From Psychrobacter sp. DM4 (lineage in GTDB: Bacteria; Pseudomonadota; Gammaproteobacteria; Pseudomonadales; Moraxellaceae), in contig NZ_CP195536.1 of the NCBI RefSeq assembly GCF_051307035.1, positions 480,001 through 512,000 on the forward strand: a stretch of DNA of 32,000 nt. The letters are read 5' to 3'. Below are positions 26,138 to 32,000 of this stretch, in pieces. A program made the position numbers and the translations under genes. Each line of letters opens with the position of its first letter. Positions within the stretch are counted from its first letter, which is position 1. The notes beneath the pieces were generated by a model, which ran no database searches, had not been told where the DNA came from, and saw only the letters and a list, made by a program, of their open reading frames with translations.

Positions 26138-27764
26138 CAGCGCGACCTTGTAAGGGATCACCGAGCAGTACGCTACCTGAGTTTTCGCGGCGTTCTTCAT
26201 TTGTCAGTTTACTTGCAGGTATTTTCGCTTTTCGCTTCCATTTTAGGCTGAACAGATCATCACGGCGATCGAGCAAGTTATGTACTGAGCCCTCGTTACG
26301 CACATGAATGAGCTTGTCTAAGTTTAGATCAGAGAAGAATACCATCTCGGTATTAGCAGTGGTCTCTGCCATAATAGCATCGTGCGGAAAGGCAAAGTCT
26401 GAGGGCGAAAAGATAGACGACTGCGCGTACTGAATATCGAGGCTCTCAACTTGTGGCAAGTTACCCACTGAACCACATATCATCACGTAGCATTCATTCT
26501 CAATCGCGCGTGCTTGTGCGCAGTGACGTACGCGTAGATAGCTGTTTTTAGTGTCGGTCCAGAATGGTACAAATAAGATATCCATGTCATCGAGCGCCAT
26601 TAAACGCGCAAGCTCTGGGAACTCAACATCATAACAGACCAAAATACCGATACGACCCGCATCAGTATCGAATACTTTGACCTCATCACCGCCTTCAATC
26701 ACCCAAGCGCTACGCTCATGCGGGGTAATATGAATCTTGCGCTGCTCCTCAACGGTACCATCGCGACGACATAGATAGCTGACGTTGTATAACGTATCGT
26801 CCTCATCAAGTAGCGGCATAGAGCCGGTAATGACATTGACGTTATAACTGACCGCTAAATGCGAGATCTCGTTTTTGAACCATTCGGTGTAGCCTGCCAA
26901 AAAGCGAATAGCAATGTTTTGATCAGTGGACTCACACAAGCCCATCAAAGGGGCGTTAAAGAACTCAGGTAAGCAGGCAAAATCCGAGTTATAATCTGCC
27001 ATAATATCGACGAAGAATTCTACTTGTTGTAGTAGCTCCTCAGGCGACTCGACCTCACGCATTTGCCACTGGATACCACCGATACGCACCTCAGACTTAC
27101 GGGTATTGGGCTTATAGTCTTTGGGCTCGTAGTAGATGTTGGCCCACTCAAGCAAAGTGGCAAAGCCTTTAGATTGTTTGTCATCTGGCAAATAACCCGT
27201 CAAAATACGTTTGACAATAAAGCCGTTAGAGAGCTGAAAGGAGAGAGCAGGATCATGTATCTCGCGCGCTTCGACCGCATCGATATACTCACCCGGCGTC
27301 AAGTCCTGGTGATCTTGATACTTTGGAATACGACCGCCTGCCAAGATAGAGCGAAAGTTCATCTGACGACATAGCTCTTTACGCGCGTCATAAAGGCGGC
27401 GGCCTAAACGATAACCTCGATATTCAGGATCGATGAGCGCATCCAAACCGTACATCGCGTCACCTTCAGGATTATCTTGAATGATCTCTTTGTGGCCGAT
27501 TAAGTCATCATAAGTATGCGGGTTTGAAAATTTTGCATAGTCGACACGCATCGATAGCACCATACCAATCAATTGATCGTGATCGAATAGAGCAATTTGA
27601 CCTTCAGGAAAGGCATCAATCAACGTATGAATGGTCGTTTTTGACCATGCGCCTCCAAGATTGACGTAGACGCGGTCCATAAGCTCTTTTACTTGCGGGT
27701 AGTCTTTTTTCTTAATCTCAGCAATCGTGAGATGCAGATCATCTAGCTTTTCTATTTTGGTCAT
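26127..27764 (-). CDS. bifunctional-architecture protein: N-terminal GNAT acetyltransferase domain fused to a carbon-nitrogen hydrolase (nitrilase superfamily) domain
   Basis: GNAT motif A is IDPEYRGYRLGRRLYDARKELC. The CN-hydrolase catalytic triad context is intact: Glu in CLPEFFN, Lys in RKIHITP and Cys in GILVCYDVEFPE. An SD (AGGAT) is present. The substrate is unknown. Confidence 0.85.
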   Translation of the reverse strand: MTKIEKLDDLHLTIAEIKKKDYPQVKELMDRVYVNLGGAWSKTTIHTLIDAFPEGQIALFDHDQLIGMVLSMRVDYAKFSNPHTYDDLIGHKEIIQDNPEGDAMYGLDALIDPEYRGYRLGRRLYDARKELCRQMNFRSILAGGRIPKYQDHQDLTPGEYIDAVEAREIHDPALSFQLSNGFIVKRILTGYLPDDKQSKGFATLLEWANIYYEPKDYKPNTRKSEVRIGGIQWQMREVESPEELLQQVEFFVDIMADYNSDFACLPEFFNAPLMGLCESTDQNIAIRFLAGYTEWFKNEISHLAVSYNVNVITGSMPLLDEDDTLYNVSYLCRRDGTVEEQRKIHITPHERSAWVIEGGDEVKVFDTDAGRIGILVCYDVEFPELARLMALDDMDILFVPFWTDTKNSYLRVRHCAQARAIENECYVMICGSVGNLPQVESLDIQYAQSSIFSPSDFAFPHDAIMAETTANTEMVFFSDLNLDKLIHVRNEGSVHNLLDRRDDLFSLKWKRKAKIPASKLTNEERRENSGSVLLGDPLQGRAEKF

Positions 27765-27936
27765 ATATATCCTATGCTGACAGCTCGTAGCTGTCTATTG
27801 ATAAGTAAGGGATTAGGTAGTTTATTGAATAGCGTATTGTTTTTATGGTGTTTATTGACGTTCACAAAAAACGATTTAGTATAAACGATAATAATGTTAC
27901 AATCATTAACGATAACAAAGACTTGTGAGACTTTTA

Positions 27937-28010
27937 ATTTTCAATTCAAACTTGAATTTCAAGATTGAATTTTGTACTTAAACTAAAGTTATCTCAGAAA
28001 TTTCAATTCG
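27937..28010. promoter_or_regulatory. cluster of TTCAA/TTGAA palindromes in the divergent GNAT-nitrilase / BLUF intergenic region; candidate operator sites
   Basis: AATTCAA-AC-TTGAATT spans 27943-27958 with 7-bp arms. TTCAA-GA-TTGAA spans 27958-27969, 13 bp further on. The exact 9-mer TTTCAATTC occurs at 27939-27947 and 28001-28009. The binding protein is unknown. Confidence 0.35.
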
Positions 28011-28133
28011 CTATCATATCATTTAAAAGTACAATTTCCAGTTGACCTTGGTAGTCCTTATAACCCTAGTAGTCATTTGCTTTTTTTAGTACTTTACGGG
28101 CTTGATAATTATAAAGCCATTAGGATTCTCTTT

Positions 28134-28769
28134 ATGCCTTTACCTTTAGACTACATGGATACAGTCGAAAAACTGTCTGAGATACCAGAGGACAGTATGA
28201 TCCAGTTGGTTTATGTTAGTAGTATGACTTTTAGTTCACGTCTGAGAGCGTCTGTGTTTGACGAAGTCGAGGCGCACGCTCGCAACTATAATGAGCAGCA
28301 TGGTATTACAGGTACTCTGTGTTATGGCAATGGTCAATTTTTGCAATGCTTGGAGGGCGAAAAAGGGGAGGTATTGACGTTACAAAAGCGGATTTTCGCT
28401 GATAAACGTCATAAGAACGTTCAGATATTATCTCTAAAGAACATTCATCAGCGCAGTTTTCAAGATTGGCGCATGCGCTTATTGTTTTTGGAGCGCTGGC
28501 TGTGGTCTCCTGCTACCAAGAAACAGGCGGTGCAACTGTCACCTTTTCTGCCTTTTGCGCCGCATGGCTGGACCCCTCAGCGTACAGGACAGTTCATCAC
28601 AGTGATCAATACTTTTGATAATCCGCCGCACATAAAAGCGGCTGGCATTACCTATAACGCGATGGGCAATATGGTTAAACACTTCGCAGCGCCGCACCAA
28701 GCCTTTTTAATCGTACAAGGGTTTTTGGCGATATTACTACTCTTAGGTTTATATCTGCTTAGCTACTGA
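28134..28769 (+). CDS. BLUF-domain blue-light photoreceptor (BlsA-like) with extended C-terminal region ending in a hydrophobic helix
   Basis: The BLUF signature residues are in order: Tyr in QLVYVSS, GITGTLCY, Gln in FLQCLEGE, DKRH, and Trp/Met in SFQDWRM. The domain is closely collinear with Acinetobacter BlsA as I recall it. The start is uncertain: ATG at 28134 (SD AGGAT), 28155 or 28197 (SD GAGGA); the track TTG at 28077 is unlikely. Confidence 0.85.
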   Translation: MPLPLDYMDTVEKLSEIPEDSMIQLVYVSSMTFSSRLRASVFDEVEAHARNYNEQHGITGTLCYGNGQFLQCLEGEKGEVLTLQKRIFADKRHKNVQILSLKNIHQRSFQDWRMRLLFLERWLWSPATKKQAVQLSPFLPFAPHGWTPQRTGQFITVINTFDNPPHIKAAGITYNAMGNMVKHFAAPHQAFLIVQGFLAILLLLGLYLLSY

Positions 28770-28800
28770 TAGTTTTATTCAAAGCACGCAAATTTAAAGC

Positions 28801-28846
28801 AAAATAAAAAGACGCCAGACTATTAGGTCTAGCGTCTTTTTATTTT
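28801..28846. terminator. bidirectional rho-independent terminator between the BLUF gene and the convergent FAD oxidase gene
   Basis: GACGC-C-AGAC (28811-28820) pairs with GTCT-A-GCGTC (28827-28836). It is flanked by AAAATAAAAA and TTTTTATTTT. Confidence 0.8.
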
Positions 28847-28851
28847 GCTTA

Positions 28852-30357
28852 CTACATATCAAAAATCTTGCCACGATTCATAATGTTATTGGGATCAAAC
28901 ACCTTTTTGACCTCTTTTAAGTACTCAATTTCAAGCGGGCTACGGCTATACTCTAGATAAGGCTTTTTGGTCATGCCAACGCCGTGCTCAGCGGACACCG
29001 AACCGCCGTATTTTTGCACAATTTCAAACACGTATTTATTGACAATTTGGCAAGCGTCAAAGAATTCATCTTTGCTTAAATTTTCAGGCTTTAAGATATT
29101 GAGATGCAAATTACCATCACCGATATGACCAAACCAGCACACCTCAAAATCAGGATAATTGCGACTGACAATCTCATCAATCTCAGAGATAAAGTCAGGC
29201 ACGTAACTGATCAATACTGACACGTCGTTCTTGTAAGGGGTAAAGACTGAGATGGTCTCAGAGATATACTCGCGTAGTTTCCACAGCTCTGTAGCCTGCG
29301 CGATGCTTTGACTCATTACGCCATCAACGACCCAGCCCTCGGTCATACAATGCTCAAATATCGCCATTGCCTTATCCATGATCGGCTCATAGGGCGCTTC
29401 AAACTCCAATAGCGTATAAAACTTGGTACGCGATTCAAACGGCTCTTGAACCTGTCCGTGTGCCATAAGTTTATCGATGGCAGTATCATCAAAAAACTCA
29501 AAGGCCGTTAGGTCAATCTGAGCTTGAAAGGCTGACAAGACGTTCATGACATCGTTAAAGCTATCCATACCAAGTACCATGACATTTAAGTCCTGCGGCG
29601 CACGGTCAAGCTTAATCTGCGCATGAGTGACCAGACCCAAAGTGCCCTCAGAACCGATAAATAGCTGGCGCAAGTCATAGCCTGTAGCGTTTTTGACCAT
29701 ACCGCGGTTGAGGTGTAGAATATCGCCTTTACCCGTGACCACCGTCAGACCCATAATCCATTGACGAGTCATGCCGTAGCGTATGACTTTAATTCCGCCT
29801 GCATTAGTACCGATGTTACCACCCATTTGACTAGAGCCTGCCGAGGCAAAGTCGACAGGGTAGTACAGGTCTTTGGACTCAGCGAACTGCTGTAATTGCT
29901 CAGTGACGACGCCTGCTTCGATGTCAACTAAGCGATCAGCAGGATAGAATGTCCCAATTTGGTTCATCTTATCGAAACTCACGACAATCTCGCCATTGGC
30001 AGCAACGGCGCCTGCGGATAGACCCGTACGACCGCCGCTTGGCGTCAAGACAACGCTGTGCTCGTTCGCTAGTAACACAATAGCTTGTACTTGCTCGGTG
30101 GTCTTGGGAAAAGTAATAGCGGAGGCGGCAGGTGCAAAATGCTTGGTCCAGTCCTTGCCCCAATGTGTGAGGCTCTCACTATCGGTCTTGATTTGACTGC
30201 TATCAAAATGATGCGTATCAATCAGGGCGCTTAGGATAGCTTGTACCGCTGTGCTGTTTGTTGCTGCGGGCGCAAGTGTTGGCTCATTGACGACAGATTG
30301 GTCAGCGGCGTGCGTACGCTCGTGGGCGGGCAGGTTCTCAATAATAGATTCAGTCAT
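28852..30357 (-). CDS. FAD-linked oxidase (GlcD/D-lactate dehydrogenase family); probable D-2-hydroxyglutarate dehydrogenase
   Basis: The N-half is a PCMH-type FAD-binding domain (VVLTPSGGRTGLSAGAV, GGNIGTNAGG) and the C-terminal part is an FAD-oxidase domain (SAEHGVG). The D2HGDH call rests on the divergent pairing with serA, as reported for Pseudomonas. The start is uncertain: ATG at 30357 is preferred over the track GTG at 30435. Confidence 0.7.
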   Translation of the reverse strand: MTESIIENLPAHERTHAADQSVVNEPTLAPAATNSTAVQAILSALIDTHHFDSSQIKTDSESLTHWGKDWTKHFAPAASAITFPKTTEQVQAIVLLANEHSVVLTPSGGRTGLSAGAVAANGEIVVSFDKMNQIGTFYPADRLVDIEAGVVTEQLQQFAESKDLYYPVDFASAGSSQMGGNIGTNAGGIKVIRYGMTRQWIMGLTVVTGKGDILHLNRGMVKNATGYDLRQLFIGSEGTLGLVTHAQIKLDRAPQDLNVMVLGMDSFNDVMNVLSAFQAQIDLTAFEFFDDTAIDKLMAHGQVQEPFESRTKFYTLLEFEAPYEPIMDKAMAIFEHCMTEGWVVDGVMSQSIAQATELWKLREYISETISVFTPYKNDVSVLISYVPDFISEIDEIVSRNYPDFEVCWFGHIGDGNLHLNILKPENLSKDEFFDACQIVNKYVFEIVQKYGGSVSAEHGVGMTKKPYLEYSRSPLEIEYLKEVKKVFDPNNIMNRGKIFDM

Positions 30358-30650
30358 AATAGTCTCGACTATTTGCAGGGTAACGTATTGGACAAGTAGA
30401 ATATAGCTAGTATTAGGCCGTGTTTGATCATTCACAAACGTGTTCTAATATTAGCACATCACAGATACATATTTAGAGCGCGTTTGACCCTTCACGGGTC
30501 ACTATTGGTCACAATATCCACTGCGTATTTCATATTATCCTCTAACACCTAGCGATAATTTTGTGTAAGATAAGCGCATTGTTTTTTATTCCCCGTCGAC
30601 TGCTGGTGTTATGACGCCAACAGTGACTCCAATTATAGGACAGATCTCAT

Positions 30651-31877
30651 ATGGCATTATCACTACAAAAAGATAAAATCCGTTTTCTATTATTAGAAGG
30701 CGTCCATGATAACGCGCTTAAAGTGTTAGATAGCGCAGGTTACAGCAATATTGAATATCTCAGTCATGCGCTTGATCAAGATGAGCTGATTGAAAAAATC
30801 AAAGACGCGCATTTTGTTGGTATTCGTTCGCGTACCCAATTGACGCGTGAAGTGCTTGAGCATGCCAAAAAGCTTATCGGTATCGGCTGTTTTTGTATTG
30901 GTACCAACCAGGTAGATCTAGAAGCGGCACGTGAGATGGGTATTCCAGTATTCAACGCGCCGTACTCCAACACGCGCTCCGTTGCTGAGTTGGTGCTCGC
31001 TGAAGCCATCATGCTGTACCGCGGTATTCCAGAAAAGAATGCGACCGTACATCGCGGCGGCTGGGGCAAGTCTGCCAAAAACTCGCACGAAGTGCGCGGT
31101 AAGACCATCGGTATCGTCGGCTATGGCTCTATCGGCTCGCAGCTATCGGTACTCGCTGAGAGCTTTGGTATGAAAGTCATCTATCATGACGTTGTGACCA
31201 AATTACCACTGGGTAACGCGCATCAAGTCGGTAGTTTAGAAGAGCTGTTATCTACGGCCGATATCGTAACTCTACATGTGCCTGATGTGCCAAGCACGCG
31301 CTATATGATGAAAGCGGAGCAGTTTGCACAAATGAAGGACGGCAGCTACTTTATCAATGCAGCACGTGGTACTTGTGTTGAGATTGATGATTTGGCAGCG
31401 GTACTTGAGTCTGGCAAAGTGCTTGGCGCGGCGATCGATGTGTTCCCAAAAGAGCCAAAATCTGCGGATGAAGAGTTTGAGTCGCCACTACGTAAATTCG
31501 ATAATGTTATCTTGACGCCGCATATCGGTGGTTCAACACAAGAAGCGCAAGAAAACATCGGCTTTGAAGTCGCTGAGAAGTTCGTTCGCTACTCTGATCA
31601 AGGCGATACGGCAACAGCGGTCAACTTCCCAGAGGTTTCTGTACCGTTCAAAGAAGGCTCACACCGTCTGCTTCACATCCACAGAAACGTCCCAGGCGTA
31701 TTATCACAAATCAACCGTCTGTTCGCTGAAGCGCACATTAACATTCTGGCGCAGAGCTTGATGACAGAGGGCGATGTCGGTTATCTCGTCATGGATGTCG
31801 ATTATAACGATTCAGATGCAGCGCTTGATCAGCTCAAAGACGTAGAAGAGACGATCCGCGTGCGTATCTTGTTTTAA
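30651..31877 (+). CDS. serA: D-3-phosphoglycerate dehydrogenase with C-terminal ACT domain
   Basis: The protein is collinear with E. coli SerA over its full length (KDKI.FLL.EGVH; CFCIGTNQVDL; NAPYSNTRSVAEL; GYG.IG.Q; TPHIGGSTQEAQENIG; NFPEVS). It is 408 aa. Confidence 0.95.
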   Translation: MALSLQKDKIRFLLLEGVHDNALKVLDSAGYSNIEYLSHALDQDELIEKIKDAHFVGIRSRTQLTREVLEHAKKLIGIGCFCIGTNQVDLEAAREMGIPVFNAPYSNTRSVAELVLAEAIMLYRGIPEKNATVHRGGWGKSAKNSHEVRGKTIGIVGYGSIGSQLSVLAESFGMKVIYHDVVTKLPLGNAHQVGSLEELLSTADIVTLHVPDVPSTRYMMKAEQFAQMKDGSYFINAARGTCVEIDDLAAVLESGKVLGAAIDVFPKEPKSADEEFESPLRKFDNVILTPHIGGSTQEAQENIGFEVAEKFVRYSDQGDTATAVNFPEVSVPFKEGSHRLLHIHRNVPGVLSQINRLFAEAHINILAQSLMTEGDVGYLVMDVDYNDSDAALDQLKDVEETIRVRILF

Positions 31878-31900
31878 TAGCACATAATAACGGTTCAATA

Positions 31901-31932
31901 AAAAAGAGAGACTACTATAGTCTCTCTTTTTT
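31901..31932 (+). terminator. rho-independent terminator of serA
   Basis: AGAGAGACTA (31905-31914) pairs with TAGTCTCTCT (31918-31927), a 10-bp stem. It is followed by TTTTTT and preceded by an A-run. Confidence 0.85.
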
Positions 31933-32000
31933 ATGGGTAGCGGTTAGAACGAATACAATAGAAATTATAGCGAAATAATTATTTAATCTTATTAGCAGTA

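Noticed and set aside
27063-27374. 103-aa plus-strand ORF inside the GNAT-nitrilase gene
   Set aside because: It is antisense to a frame carrying both GNAT and CN-hydrolase motifs, and it has no motif of its own.
28042-28064. TTGACC ... TATAAC as a BLUF gene promoter
   Set aside because: The two hexamers are only 11 nt apart, which is incompatible with a sigma-70 promoter. I could not place a convincing promoter by eye.
30776-31761. ORFs nested in serA on both strands
   Set aside because: serA is collinear with E. coli SerA throughout, so the nested ORFs are compositional artefacts.

Overview
This is a 32-kb chromosomal window that is almost entirely core housekeeping DNA. It appears to come from a gammaproteobacterium. 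The divergent gacS / cysM-rlmD-relA arrangement, a BlsA-like BLUF protein and low-complexity tails on housekeeping proteins suggest Moraxellaceae, possibly Psychrobacter-like; this is inference only.

I support 26 protein-coding genes, one of them truncated at the left edge. In order they are: relA (5' end), rlmD, a PolB-like 3'-5' exonuclease, cysM, gacS/barA-type hybrid kinase, a crotonase-family enzyme, a Bcr/CflA MFS exporter, rpsB-tsf, an SLT lytic transglycosylase, lrgA-lrgB-like genes, hflX, a PlsC-family acyltransferase, tas, fkpB, a cold-shock-domain/DUF1294 membrane protein, a low-GC orphan gene, lspA, ileS, ald, a membrane-anchored thioredoxin-fold protein, a GNAT/carbon-nitrogen-hydrolase fusion, a BLUF photoreceptor, a D-2-hydroxyglutarate-dehydrogenase-like FAD oxidase and serA. 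Several rho-independent terminators and three short intergenic tandem repeats are also visible.

I saw no rRNA, tRNA, CRISPR array, IS element, integrase or phage genes, and no convincing multi-gene defence or mobile island.

Two loci are most worth a second look. The first is a BlsA-like BLUF protein with an apparent C-terminal transmembrane tail. It is divergently paired, across a 370-bp AT-rich spacer carrying TTCAA-NN-TTGAA palindromes, with an uncharacterised GNAT-nitrilase fusion enzyme. The second is a two-gene plus-strand cassette (CSD-DUF1294 protein plus a markedly AT-rich orphan) that splits the normally contiguous ileS-lspA-fkpB operon. Both are hypotheses from sequence reading and need database and structural checks. 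The rest of the window looks ordinary.
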